A program made the position numbers and the translations under genes. From NCBI GenBank assembly GCA_030341885.1, contig CASHTH010000349.1:1-64000 (forward strand): DNA of 64,000 nucleotides. Reading direction: 5' to 3'. Below the pieces are notes generated by a model. The model searched no databases. It was not told the DNA's origin and saw only the letters and a list, made by a program, of their open reading frames with translations. Positions 1-12,231 of the stretch are shown here, one piece after another. The DNA comes from Geodia barretti (lineage: Eukaryota). How positions within the stretch are numbered: the first letter of the stretch is position 1; each line of letters starts with the position of its first letter.

Positions 1-1930
1 TGGGAATGGAGGCAAAAGTGCTCACGATGAAATTCAGGCCGCCTGACCTCAAGGTCAGTCTCTACCCCTACATTTCACCGTCATCGATTTCTGTTTAGTG
101 TGTAGAAGTTGGAAGTCGTTGGGCATGGTATAGTAATTGTACATTTAGTTCTGGCTGACTGAGTACTTAGGGCAAACATCGTAGTGTGGAAGGGAAGCCC
201 ATAATTAGCACATATTAATGGCTCTCACTTTCACTGAACTATATTTTCTGTTCTAGAGTCACAGATGCTGGGGAGTCCAAGGCCCAAGCAGGAGGCTCCG
301 GGGGAGACGCAAGCACAGTGGCACTGAGAGTGGATGTGGGGACTGTGCTGGCGGGAGAGCTACCCTGATGTCTGACCGTGCGGAGGGCCACCTAGTCAAG
401 AGCCACCCTCACACACAACCGGTTGGGGGGTGGTGGGCACGTTAGGCAGAAAAACCAAACACCTGTGGTTTCCTAGATCTTTGTGAGCTTGTTCCTCTAT
501 GGATCCCCCTCTGTTTCCCATGTTAGGGTGTAGTTGTGTGCCCTGCAACCTAACCTCGTGAAGACCTGTCTTGCTTCTGGGCCCCTGCTAGGCAGTACTC
601 CGTGTTCTACACATAGTGATTCTTCGGTTGTCCTCCCCAAGATCAAAGGTGAATCTCCTCTCTTCCATCCCGAGGACTCAGTAGCAGCCACCTGAAGCTG
701 CGCCAGCTGCCGAGAAAATAGACCGTCGCGATGAATGATGCTTTAGTGTGCTCGAATTTGGGATTCCACGCTCGTCATCATCATTGATTATAGAAAACTC
801 TCATCCTGTTCTAATCTGTTAACTTTAATCCCCTTTCTCTGGTTCATTATTTTAGCCTTCCCAGTTTTATTCACAATATAATAGATATTTTGGTGATGAC
901 AGCAAGTGAAATTAGAATCGATAGAGTATGCTGTGATGGGTACTACTATAGTGAGGTGGTGGATAAATGATGAGGTGAACAAGAACTATGATAGGGTCTC
1001 CAGTTTTCCTCTGAGAATGGAGCTAGTGGTGTGGAGGGAGGACACTGCCTGGCCACTGTCTGCGACGAGACTGTGCTCATGCAGCATGTAGCGAAGTCTG
1101 GTTCACCGGGGAATGTGCACGACCTCTGTACAACAGATCAGTAGTCAATACGGTCATGTAAAACAGTACATTAACTCTTGGTTCTCACGCACCACGTGTG
1201 CACACGTTACATAGATTCGCTACAGAAGGGAGTGTTGAATAAAATCAAAGTAAGCTAGTTTGCTTCTGGTAGATTTGTAAGCAACGTTTGTCCACAGTGG
1301 GCGACCTCATCCGTGTGTATACATGACTTGGGTCTACTGTGATTTGAAATAATTTGTGTTTCACATGAAGCTTGAACCACACATGTTCGTGTTGTGTTGT
1401 AGTACACATGATGTTTCCAAAAGATGGATTGCACAATGGGCGTTCTGAAATCCCAGAACTGAAATTAGTAGTGAAGTGATAAACACGAATGTGATCAAGC
1501 AGCTGTGTACCTCAAAGCAGATGTGCTACCATGAATGAATCTTGAAGGTTTTTGTGCAAGTGTCCACTGTTTCTTTCTCGTTTTTTTGTCTGCAGTTGCT
1601 CAATGGCATGTATGCCACAGCACACCTGCTGCCTTGTAGAGTAAAGAAGTCACTGCCATTTCCCCATGCCCATGACTCTGACGAAACACTTCTTACAGTC
1701 AATCGTTCCCACTCATCCACCCACGCCAGTTCACCGAAAAACCTTTGTGAAGGTCACTCACTCATGGAATGGGGCAACTCATAGTTGGATGGTGAAAGTT
1801 GTATATACATGTGCAAATACATACCATACCTTACAACACAGCCAGAAAAGCATCGGGGCGTGTAGAGATTCACCACCCAACTGTGTCATTTCCCAGTGCT
1901 TACGGCGCCTGACCCTGAAAAACCTGAAGC
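1..1930. repeat. Left arm of large imperfect palindrome; inverted duplicate of ~3360-5230 (HMGCR 3' exons + 3'UTR); continues beyond window start
   Basis: Direct comparison: revcomp of 5141-5230 matches 1-95 (tctacccctacatttcaccgtcatcgatttctg); revcomp of 3703-3735 matches 1528-1560 (aagcagatgtgctaccatgaatgaatcttg); 1781-1900 matches revcomp of 3360-3500. About 85-90% identity in outer 1.5 kb. Confidence 0.85.
244..700 (+). pseudogene. Degenerate inverted copy of HMGCR terminal coding exons (pseudo-exons ~265-400 and ~640-690) with premature stops
   Basis: 265-: ATGCTGGGGAGTCCAAGGCCCAAGCAGGAGGCTCCGGGGGAG... parallels native exon [15 protein letters not shown] but hits TGA after ...AQWH; 641-: GATCAAAGGTGAATCTCCTC parallels native last exon ([10 protein letters not shown]) with early TAG. 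Confidence 0.7.
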
Positions 1931-3360
1931 TATTGTCCACTCACTGCCCATTGATAGTTGTATATACAACTGGGAGTCAGGGCATTTGCCGGCCAGAGCT
2001 AGTGTCAATACATTCACTTATTCATAGTCTGCACGCTATTAAAACCCAGCACCGCAAACCCAGTCTTTCACTTCCAATTTTTCTCCCTCCCCCAGATCAC
2101 CAGTTTCTTTTTTCATTTCCTCTTTTTGTCCACATGTGCCCCCCTTTCCTCTTCACTTTCCTCCACTTTTCTTTTTTTCCCCTGTTTCTCTTTCCTTCAC
2201 CCAGCTTTTTTTCCCTTTTCAGTGGTATCTATTTTCCGACATTTTTTTACTCGTCTTTTAATTCTTTGCTGCCATGAGCCCTTTTCTCCCCCCCCATCCC
2301 CCCATTCTCCTATCCCCCCGGTTCCTCCCCTTTCTCTCACTTACCTCTCATCTACCCCATCCCCCTGACTTCAAGGGTTCTACCAACCCCCCCCAAAGGA
2401 CCTCGCCCCTCCCCCTTGCTCCTTCCAATTGTTTTCTGTTGCACTTTCCCACCTTCCCAAGGGGTCCCCAACCCATCTTACACCCCAACGCTGTGCAGCC
2501 AAAGGAACCCCCTCCCAAGTACCCCCTCAGCGGCCTTTGAGCTCCCCCTAAACTCGCCGGATTTAATAATACAACCTGCTACTTTCAGACAGCCGTCCTC
2601 CAAGGCCGGAAAAAACTCACAATAAAGCCAACAACTCACCATGCTTATAGACCAGCGGGGTATCCCATGATCGCTCATCACTACCACCTAGATAGCCCAC
2701 ATCCACATCCCAAATAAGTGCTCAAAATGGGCCCATACATACGTATATCAAGTTGCCCTTACATTCCTTTCATCCCCCGAAAAATAGAATAGTTCCTTAA
2801 TGGACAACTTAATGAAATGAAAGGAAAAAGGCTAATGACCCCACTAAAGGGAAAAGATTACAGGATGATAATCAAGGGCGTCACTAAGGGTTAAGTAATC
2901 TCATAAAATAAAACAACTTGACCGTAATATAAACAGCAAAACATAACACAGCAACCAAAGCGACGGTAAATTCAAAGGTAAGTTAATAAAGGGGCGTAAG
3001 CGGCTTCACTCCCCCTAAAGCGTAAATACATAACGGCGTTCTATTACGGAACACTTTACCCTTCCCCCCAACTTTAATACAAAATCTCCCTAATTCAAAA
3101 GCGAATTAAATTTAAAAAAAATAGCACAAAAATCTAGTATGTACTACAGTATCAGGCGATAAGGAAAGCAAAGGACCAAAAGGAAAGGAAACGAAACCAA
3201 AGGGAACAAAGGTAAGAGAACAATCAAAACCTCACTCAAAACTAAGGCTCCAAAAAAAGGACACACCACCAAGGCCAATACACCAAAGGTAAAAGCCTCC
3301 ACAAACCAAAAAGGGAAAAACTTACAGAACAGGGGGGCAAAAAACAGCCAAAAGGTCAAC
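1930..3360. repeat. Palindrome centre: strand-asymmetric low-complexity, CT-rich on + strand in left half (~2040-2560), AG/A-rich in right half (~2600-3400); weak residual complementarity
   Basis: Pyrimidine tracts 2040-2560 (ctttcctcttcactttcctcc...), purine tracts 3150-3360 (aaggaaaggaaacgaaaccaaaggg...); partial matches e.g. ccaactgtgt...tgcttacggcgcctgacc vs revcomp ccaactgtgttgcttggctggttgacc. Confidence 0.6.
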
Positions 3361-5230
3361 CAGCCAAGCAACACAGTTGGCCCCCACAGTGGGTACCCAG
3401 TTGGTGGTGAATCTCTACACTCCCCGATGCTTTCTGGCTGTGTGTGTATGTATGTATGTATGCATATATGTATATACAACTTTCACCATCCAACTATGGA
3501 TATTGCCCAGATTCCAATTAGTGAGTGCTTACCAAAGGTTTTCGTGACTGGCTGGGTGGATGGAGTGGGAAAGAGTGACTGTAGTAGGGTTTTCAGAGTC
3601 AGGGCTGTGGGAAATGGCAGTGATTCTTTACTCTACAATGCAGCAGGTGTGCTGTGGCATACATGCACATGTGAGCAAACTGCACAGTGTACAACTTGCA
3701 CAAAAACCTGCAAGATTCATTCATGGTAGCACATCTGCTTGAGGTAGCACATCTGCTTGATTCACTTCGTGTTTATCAGCTTCCACTACTAAGTTCAGTT
3801 CTGGTATTTCGAGACGCCCAATTGTGCAATCCATCTTTTGTAAACATCATGTGAACTACAACACACACTGAACATGTGTGGTGCAAGCATCAAGGAAACA
3901 CAAATTATTTCACACAGTAGACACCAGTCAGTGTATACACACTATGGGTCTCCCACTGTGGACAAACTTGCTTACAAATCTACCAGAGGACTTCTTACTT
4001 TGATGTTTCACTCCCTTCTGTAGCGAATTACGTAGTGTGCACACGTGGTGCGTGAGACCAAGAGTTAATGTACTGTTGTTACATGACCGTATTACTAATG
4101 ATCTGTTGTACAGAGGCGTCAGCAGGCCCAGGTGACCAGACTTCGCAGACAGCTGCAGGAGGCACAGTCTCGGCGCAGACAGTGGGCCAGGCAGGTGTCC
4201 TCACTCCACACCACTATCTCCATGCTCAGAGGAAAACTGGAGGACCTATCATAGGTCTTGTTCACCTCTCATTTATCCACCACCTACTAGTATAGTATGT
4301 ACACCATCACAGCATACTTATCGACTTATAATTTCACTTGCTTTCATCACCAAAATATATATTATAGTTGAATAAAACTGGAAAGGCTAAAATATGACCA
4401 GAGGAAAGGGGATTAAAGTTACAGAATAGAAAGGATGAGAGTTTTCTATAATCAAGTGATGATGATGACGTGGATCCCAAATAGAGCACACTGAGCAAGT
4501 CATTCATCTCGACGGTCTATTTCTCGGCAGCTGGAGCAGCTTCAGGTGGCGGAGACTGAGTCTCGGGGATGGAAGAGAGGAGATTCACCTTTGATCTGGA
4601 GGAAGGAAAACGAAGAAATCACTATGTAGAACACGGAGTACTCTAGCAAGGGCCCAGGAAGCAAAGACAGGTCTTCACGAGGTAGGGGTGCAGGGCAGCT
4701 ACACCTACACCCTAACATGGGAACAGAGGGGATTCCATAAAGGAACAGCTCACAAAGAGAGAGGAAACCACAGGTGTTTGGTTTCTGCCTAACGTGCCCA
4801 CCACATCACCAACCGGTTGTGTGTGAGGTGGCTCTTGACTAGGTGGCCCGCAGCAAGGGCAGACATCAGGGAGAGCTCTCCAGCCAGCACAGCTCCACAC
4901 ACCACTCTCGCCAGCTGTGCTGCGTTCTCCCCCGGAGCCTCCTTGTTGGGTCCTTGGACGCCCAGCATCTGTGAATCAGACAGGAAAATAGAGTTTCAGT
5001 GAAAGTGAGATGCAATTAAATGTGCTAATTATTTGCTTCCCTTCCACGAACTACGATTTGCCCTGAAAGACTCAGTCAACAGAACAAATGTACAATTACT
5101 ATACCAGAGCCAAACAGACCTGGCCAACTTCTACACAATAAACAGAAATCGATGACGGTGAATGTAGGGGTAGAGACTGACCTTGAGGCAGGCGGCCTGA
5201 GCAGGGAGCACGGTGCCTCCACCCACCGTC
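3360..5230. repeat. Right arm of palindrome = native HMGCR 3' region (last coding exons and 3'UTR)
   Basis: See left-arm evidence; contains intact HMGCR exons 4814-4968 and 4517-4595 on minus strand. Confidence 0.85.
3437..3472. repeat. Microsatellite (TGTA/TGTATG)n
   Basis: gtgtgtgtatgtatgtatgtatgcatatatgtatata. Confidence 0.8.
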
Positions 5231-8200
5231 CCCAGCTCCAGGGAGGGCATGGTGACAGAGATGTGCAGATCCTCTCCAGACGAACCTCCTTTCTCTGTGA
5301 GAGTGATGCAGTTGGAGCTGCCCACCGTCTGAGCTGGATCCTGCACAAATCAACAACCAGCTTAAACACAAACCACGTTCCGTCATGCTCGCAACTGACA
5401 GTACACTTCTAAATGCATATACACAAGAAACTGTGCAACAATGCAAGCTACAAGTAGATGTCTTAAAATAGGTTCGATGTCAGGTAGACTTAACCCATCT
5501 GCCAGGGAGCTCACCTGTCCAGTGGCAATAAAGATGGCGCACACAACATTGGCTGCGTGGGTATTGAAGCCTCCCACTGACCCAGCCATGGCTGACCCCA
5601 CCAGATTCTTGCACACATTCAGGTCCACCAGTGCCTCCACGGTGGTCTTCAATACCTGCACATGTGGGACACATGCACCTCACACAAGGTTTCGACGCAT
5701 ACAGATCACCCCTATACCTCCACCCACCACAGTGAGGTGGGTCTATTGAGTGAGGCCCTGATCTCGCTCACCTGTCTGACTGTCACTGCTGGTACAGTGG
5801 CTTCACACACAACCGACTTCCCCACGCCCCTCAATCCAATTCATGGCCGATGGCTTCTTGTCCGTGCAATAGTTTCCGCTCAGACTAATTACCTCCATCG
5901 TGGGGAAGAGCCTTGAAATTACTCCTAACGATTTCTCCGTCCCCTGTGGACGCATGCAGCAGTAAACAATCAAACACAGGGATCTTGTAGCGATTACAAC
6001 AACTACAGTAATCAGATAAGATTTACAATAGATTCACACCTTGGAGAGCATGTTCATGCCCATGGCGTCTCCGGTCGTGGCCTTGAACCTGATGAACAGG
6101 AGTCTCCCCGCCACAGCGGCATGTATCCCCACTAGTTTGGCGAACCCACTGGTGCTGTTGAACGCCTCGGCCACAGTGGGGAAGTTGGCTCTCTTGTCCA
6201 GCCACAACTTGGCTCGACTCGCCTCTGCAGCCGACGGGAATCGCACAACTGGTCCCCGCGTCATTCCGTCACCGAGGAGATGAGATTTGACTCCCCCGCT
6301 GAGAGCCAACGCCCGGCAACCGCGATTCGTGCTCGCCACCAACGCCCCCTCTGTCGTTGCCATAGGAACGTGGAAGTACTCCCCGTTGAGTAGGAGTGGT
6401 CCGGCGACGCCCACAGGGACGGGCATGTACCCAACAACGTTCTCGCAGCAGGCTCCCATCACCTTTGAGAAGTCGTAGTGGAGATATGGGAGGTTGGAGA
6501 GACAGGAGGCAGAGTCTGGGGCCAGCTGTTGTGTGATGAGTTTCCTCCGAATGGCCACGCCCCTCTCAGGGTCTCCGAGAGCAGACTCAAGTTTGTAGGC
6601 TGGGATGTGTTTCCCCTCCACCAGCTGTAAGATCTCCACGTCAGACAGAGACACTGGGCCAGCCTGCAATACACACACAACGTAATTCAGGACTGAAATA
6701 TTCCACAAATTGCCTATACATATGCAACAAACTGCTGGGGAGTTAAATTCACAAAAACACATGCAGTGATTCGTGGAAACTTTTCTACTGAGCAAAGGCC
6801 TGGAAAGAGGAAGGACTTACATCAGATTGGAAGATGGAAAGGCACTCTGCGACAGGTCTCGGAGGCCTCTCTTCTCCTCTCTTCCTCCCATCCTCCTCCT
6901 CCTCCTCTCCCGTCGTCACCTCGTCACCAGAGGCACCCACTCCACTGGTGTCACTGCCGCTGAGACTGTTCTGACGCAGCGCAACAAACACCCCACCCTC
7001 CTCGGCCACCGTCTGCACTGCCACAGAGGAGAACATTATCTCTTGCCTCCCATCTGGACCAGCACCGAGGGCCGGCAGACTCTCTCTCTCCACAGAAACA
7101 GCCACATTCACACCACAGCCGGAAATGCCCGGAGAGCCATTGAGTAGTGTTAGTGGAGACTGAAGGGTGGGGAGGACTCCATTAGATGCTGTGGACGATG
7201 ATATTGAGGTTTGATTGAGGGGCTCAGTGAGATGGGGACATTCCTCAGAGTAAGTGGTGGAACTGCCAGAGTTGGTTGTGTGTCTCTGTCGAACTGCGGG
7301 TCCATCGCTCATCTTGATCGGGCAGGCAGGGACAGGGGCGGAGTCAATAGGCGGGGCCGATGACGATGGAGCGGGAGGGACGCTCGTTGCGAAGGTGGTG
7401 GACTTGTCGAGAAATATGTACTTCACAAAGAGAACAGCAGACAGAGCCAGTGTCACAATCTAGAGCAACACACACACAAAAAAGGTGAAGATCAATTAAC
7501 TCCAGCACATTCGGGGTACGAAAGTAGTAGGTTTAAAGACACGCTGAAGACGACAACAGTGAGGTAAGGCACACACACATTGAACATGATCCAGAGGGAA
7601 CAAAAGTTCAATGAAGACACATGGTATTAGAGAAGAAAGGGGGTAAGATGTTCACGTACTTGGTCTCCCGAGAGGTTGAAGGCTTTCCACAGGAGGTACT
7701 CCTGGAGGGGGACTTTAACCATCTCGTCACTGGGAAGCCGCTGCGTCAGTTGAGAGGTCGTCCCCAGTTGTGTGGGGAGCCAGGCCGAAGGAGAGTCCAG
7801 TGATCCCGGAGAGGAACCAGCCATGGAGGTGGACGAAAGTGAGTCCCAGAGCCATGATGATCTTGACTCTCTGGACCACTGGGTTGGGCTTCTTCTGCGC
7901 CTCTTCCTCCTGCATGTCCCTCGCCAGTTCGTCCAGCTGCCACGTGGTACTGTTTGGATCGTAAGGTGACACCTGGGGGAGAGAGAAGGAGCCCAGATAA
8001 CATGCAGATGCTCTGATTTCTTTCAATAGTTTCTTTCTTCATGCCTTCATTGTAAATTGAAAACATCAAAATGCTTCAAAATATGTGTTTGTATATATTA
8101 GCATCTATATATACCTCCATGACGAGAGATAGAGAGGCCGGGAAGAAAGTCATGAACACCACGAAGTTGGCAAAGATGGACATGGCGCCAAACCAGCAGA

Positions 8201-9668
8201 CAATCTCCAGTCTCTGAGAGCCCGATATTGTCCCTATCCCTATTAGGAGCCCCTCCACCAGGGTGTCCAGCGTCATGTTGGGTCCGAGAACCGAGAGACC
8301 GCGACCTATGTTCTTGAGCACCTCATCCTAGTCAAGAGACAGGGACAACCATGATATAGAGTATATAGAGTATAAAGACCAGCAACATACTTGTCGCATG
8401 CTGCATAAGACAAAAGACTCTGTACATACATACATACATACATACATACATACATACAGTACAATGTATGGGTATGATGGGCCAGCGCAAATAAATTGCC
8501 AATTGCATGCGTTCAATGGATCATCATACAAGTAGCATGAGACGTGTATGTTGGCCATAAGAGAGTATGGGGAGACTGACTTTGTTTCTTGATCTGAAGG
8601 CAAAGCTGGCCAGAGCCCGTGCCTTGGACAGGTCAATGAGGAGCAGGAAAAACGGCAGAGCCTCGCTGGATAAACAAAGAGAGAGAAACACAGTCGCTGG
8701 TTATTGTAGAACACACCACATTCCTTTACGGTAACCCTGGAAACCAAATGTCACCCCAGATGGGACCACGTACGCATGTATTCATGTCGGTCCATCCCAT
8801 CACATCACCTGAATATGCTAGAACGTACATACATCCTGCACGTGCAACCCATCGCCCAACACAGTGTATCACGGGTGGCATGAGGTGACTTGTTCACGAG
8901 AATCATGGGGACAGACTCCCGGGTGTTCCCACGGATGGTATGAGTGTATGTGAGATCACTGGAGGAGTCTCACCTGATGCCAGATGCCCTCTTGTCCACT
9001 ATCAGGTTCACCACTCCGCTGCCAAACACAAAACTGGCAAAGATCGTGAACAGCCCAGCGATACCTACACACACCAACACACAAATAAAGAGGGTCCCCC
9101 CACATAATATCACGTATATTATTTATAATTGTGCAATGTGAACCCAGGACATCCTTGAAAGGAGGACTCCAACATGAGCATTTTAACAAGGAACCCCACT
9201 AACAAAGTCTGCACAGGTAATTAGAGGGATTCCACTGTCTAAAAAGGTGGGTGTGTAGGAAAAGACTAACTGAGGAGGTATTTGGACCCTGCCTTCCTGA
9301 GACTGCTGAACTGATTGTAGACATAGATGACTGCCAGGCTGTTGATCATCGCCAGGAGAACCACATCCGACGTCTGTTTCAGAAACGAAAGTACATGTAA
9401 AGGGGATATCAGCGTCTCTATTGGGACGCTCAATCCTTACCTCTTCCTCTTCCTCTTCCTCGCACTGCTTATTGAGGCCACAGAACGTTCCAACCTTCCC
9501 TCCGCTCAGGACGCCGATAGACAGCATGCACACGGTGAGTGTCACGACGCTTACTATCACCTCCCACGGATGGCGGGCACAAAACTGGCCGTGGGCCCTG
9601 AAGTACCGGGCCAGCTTCGCCTTCAGGGGGTTCGAGGAGCGCGTCGTCGATGTCTCGGCCATCTTCAC
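4517..9668 (-). CDS. HMGCR: 3-hydroxy-3-methylglutaryl-CoA reductase, multi-exon (sterol-sensing membrane domain, linker, catalytic domain)
   Basis: N-term [47 protein letters not shown] (exon 9668-9441, donor GAG|GTAAGG); SSD exons ([22 protein letters not shown]; [13 protein letters not shown]; [23 protein letters not shown]; [52 protein letters not shown]; [26 protein letters not shown]); catalytic exons 6034-6795 ([46 protein letters not shown]...[13 protein letters not shown]), ~5690-5870 ([27 protein letters not shown]), 5520-5661 ([31 protein letters not shown]), 5182-5340 ([53 protein letters not shown]), 4814-4968 ([52 protein letters not shown]), 4517-4595 ([25 protein letters not shown]-stop). 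Matches remembered human HMGCR throughout. Confidence 0.9.
8433..8462. repeat. Microsatellite (TACA)n inside an HMGCR intron
   Basis: tacatacatacatacatacatacatacatacag. Confidence 0.85.
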
Positions 9669-10145
9669 ACAGTGGAGTGTCTTCCTGGCTCTCCTAGTCC
9701 GAGTATAAAAGCCAAAAAGCTAGCCCATCGTACCACCTTCCTCTCCCGATATCGTGGATGATAAACATGTGCACGTCACGCGATGAATCTATTTTTGGAT
9801 ATGGGCTTGCGTGCGTTACTAAAAATAGAACACCAGCAAGTGATGCATTATTCATCAAAATTGCTAAGCAACCAGTCAATATTTTTTTGCAGCAGACATA
9901 GAATTTAATCTCCTATTCTCCCTATAGAAATCCCTAGTTAGCAGGCTCCCCACGTCAGCCTCTGGACATGATCAGTCTTTCGCTGTGTGGGCTTCACAAA
10001 GCCCAGCAGCTGTAGCTCTGACACAGCCTGAATGAATCGAGCTCTGGGGGGAGGGGGGGGGGTCAAGAAAATATACATACACATGAAAAGCTGCAAGTGA
10101 GGAATGGGTTAAAGATTCTGTAGAGTTGGATCAGTGAGAAATGGG
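9669..10145 (-). promoter_or_regulatory. Putative HMGCR 5' flank/promoter; candidate composite CRE-like (TGACGTGG) plus SRE-like (GTGGGGAG) at ~9940-9962 (minus-strand reading); G-tract 10040-10058
   Basis: Lies immediately 5' of HMGCR ATG (9668); minus-strand ccagaggctgacgtggggagcctgc; ggggggagggggggggggtc. Motif assignment is speculative. Confidence 0.25.
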
Positions 10146-10190
10146 TTAAAGATACTGTAGAGTTGGATCGATGTCCTCTTTCCGGCCCTT
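10100..10190. repeat. Direct tandem repeat (~40 nt x2): gaatgggttaaagatwctgtagagttggatc
   Basis: 10103-10140 and 10141-10180 near-identical. Confidence 0.8.
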
Positions 10191-11762
10191 GCCCCTCTCC
10201 AGATTGGTCAATTTCTCTGCGGCGGCAGGGTCGACAACGGACACAAATGAGCAAAGCCAGTCAAACAGGTTTATAAGTCGGCCACACTCCAAATGTAACT
10301 GGTAGACAATGCAGACGTCGGGCATGTTTGGAGATAACCTACTGTGCTCTGACACACTGGTCGCAGACTGCAGAGGGTTAATTAAAGAGGGTTAAAGATG
10401 GAGGAAGAAAGAGGTTAAACTCACTGGGAGGTAGAAGGTAGGTTTAGTTAGAGCAACATGTAGAGAGGCTCTAGGAGCTGGGGAGAGATGCTGAGTGCGG
10501 GAGAATTGAAGTTACTGCTGATTTTCAACCCACACCTTTCTCAAAGAAGAGGAGTTGTTGAAGTAGCAAACTTCATGAAATGGTAACATTTGAGGCGGGA
10601 TCAAGCCTTCCCTGGGGACCGGGTCATGTGATGCTTGTACTGAGTCACATGATTGTCACATGACTCACTGGAAGCAAGGTAGCAACCCCTCAAGGAGAGT
10701 TGTTCTGGCTTTTTCGAAAGCAGACGGTTCCCTCTTCCGACTTGCCATCTGCCTCAGACGCTGAAGCAAAGAGGAGAAAAAATGGAGCCGGAGAAGAACG
10801 GAGGTTGAGACATTTTACCTCATGAAACATCATTTTCCTTTCGCTGGTGGTGAGGGGTTCACGTGGTATTGACTCTACCTCCTCTTCCCTTTCTCCTGGA
10901 TAATTACACCAGCAAGAGAGTTGGTAGATGAGCCGTGACTTGAATGAAACACTCACCGGCTGCCTGCTGAGCCTCTTTGTCAATTCTCTCCAACTCGGCT
11001 AAGAAACGTCTCAGTACTTGTAGAGTTTGCAATACAAGAGAGTCTTGTGATGCGTTCAGTGACGTATTGAGAATTGTAATAGATTTTTCTACAGCTGCAG
11101 TCAATGCTTCTCTTCCCATCATTCTGTTTAGACCATCCATAATGTAGAGATCACCTCAACTTTATACTTCTTACTTGACTAAACTCCATGCCGTGTCGAA
11201 CTTGCTGTGCTCCACGATATGCCTTTCCATGCACATGAGAAGTACATCATGTAGCTACAGAGAGAGAGGGCGTGTCAGAACGATACACAGTTAGTTACGG
11301 AAAGGACTAATGACATCACCTTCCTCCCGAGAGGGGCAGTAGGCAAGCTCTCAGTGAGAATGTGAAGAGAAAGCAGCAGAGGAGGAAAAGTCTGCCGGTG
11401 TTCCCTGAGCCTCTGTAGCTGTTCCATAGCCACCTCCTATGCCAGAAGCAGAGATGCAAAATTTTACTGCATGCGGTAATTTTTTTAATTTACTCAACCT
11501 TGAGGGGCTTATCTTCTGTTAGAAGTCGTATTTGCTCAGCCGGGTCAGTCAAACCTTCTACATACCTTTCAGAATAAGACACATACAGTGTATACAAGAC
11601 ATGAAAGAACATTAATTTTTCTGACTTTCTAAACGAGGGTGTGGCTCTGATCATTTCACACTGATTGTTATTCAGGGTACCGACGACTGAATCCAGGTCG
11701 TCCCATTTCCCGATCAGGAAACTGAGAGGCTGCCAGTGGAAATGCTCCAGCATGGACATCTG
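10146..11762 (-). CDS. Unassigned multi-exon gene (coiled-coil-like); exons include ~10146-10290 ([57 protein letters not shown]-stop), ~10904-11140 ([51 protein letters not shown]), ~11585-11762 (acceptor ttcttgttcag|ATGTCCATGCTGGAGCATTTCCACTGGCAG)
   Basis: Protein-like ORFs with canonical splice sites on minus strand; family not recognised; exon boundaries uncertain. Confidence 0.35.
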
Positions 11763-12231
11763 AACAAGAACCAAACGACGTTTCTGGTGGTGAATTATGT
11801 TTGGTGTGAGGTCTAACCTGCAGTGTGCGTGAGAACTGATAGACAGAGAGAGAGCAGCAGAGAAACTGGTGCAGCAGGAACTGCAGTGCCTGGTGGCCAA
11901 GATGTAACGGGAGGCCAGGGGAGAGGAGAACCTGGAGGAACAAGGGAGGTATAAAGGTAAGGAAGGAGGGAGCGTGTCCTCTATACTTGCTGTATGAGGT
12001 GGGTTAGTGTGCCAATGGAAGAAGGAGCTGAAAACTGCTCCACACAGAGCAGGGAGGAGGAGGAGCGAGGGAGGGAGCGGATGGCAGCTGCAGAAGTCGC
12101 CACACTCAGGATCAGAACCACTGGCAGCGTCCCCAGATGAGGGCTGCATAATGTAAGATGGCCCGTAGTATTTTTTTGTGTTTTACCGAGACATAAGTAG
12201 GCGTGTTTTTCTGATGAAGTGAGGGCCAAAG

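Noticed and set aside
1666-2687. Multiple ORFs (1666-2277 +, 2126-2368 +, 2274-2540 +, 2478-2687 -) in the palindrome centre
   Set aside because: Pyrimidine-rich or purine-rich low-complexity translations (poly-P/S/F/L). They are consistent with a decayed repeat, not coding sequence.
5099-5446. ORFs 5099-5446 (-), 5152-5412 (+) and 5441-5749 (+) around HMGCR catalytic exons
   Set aside because: Alternative frames or strands of confirmed HMGCR exons, with no homology support.
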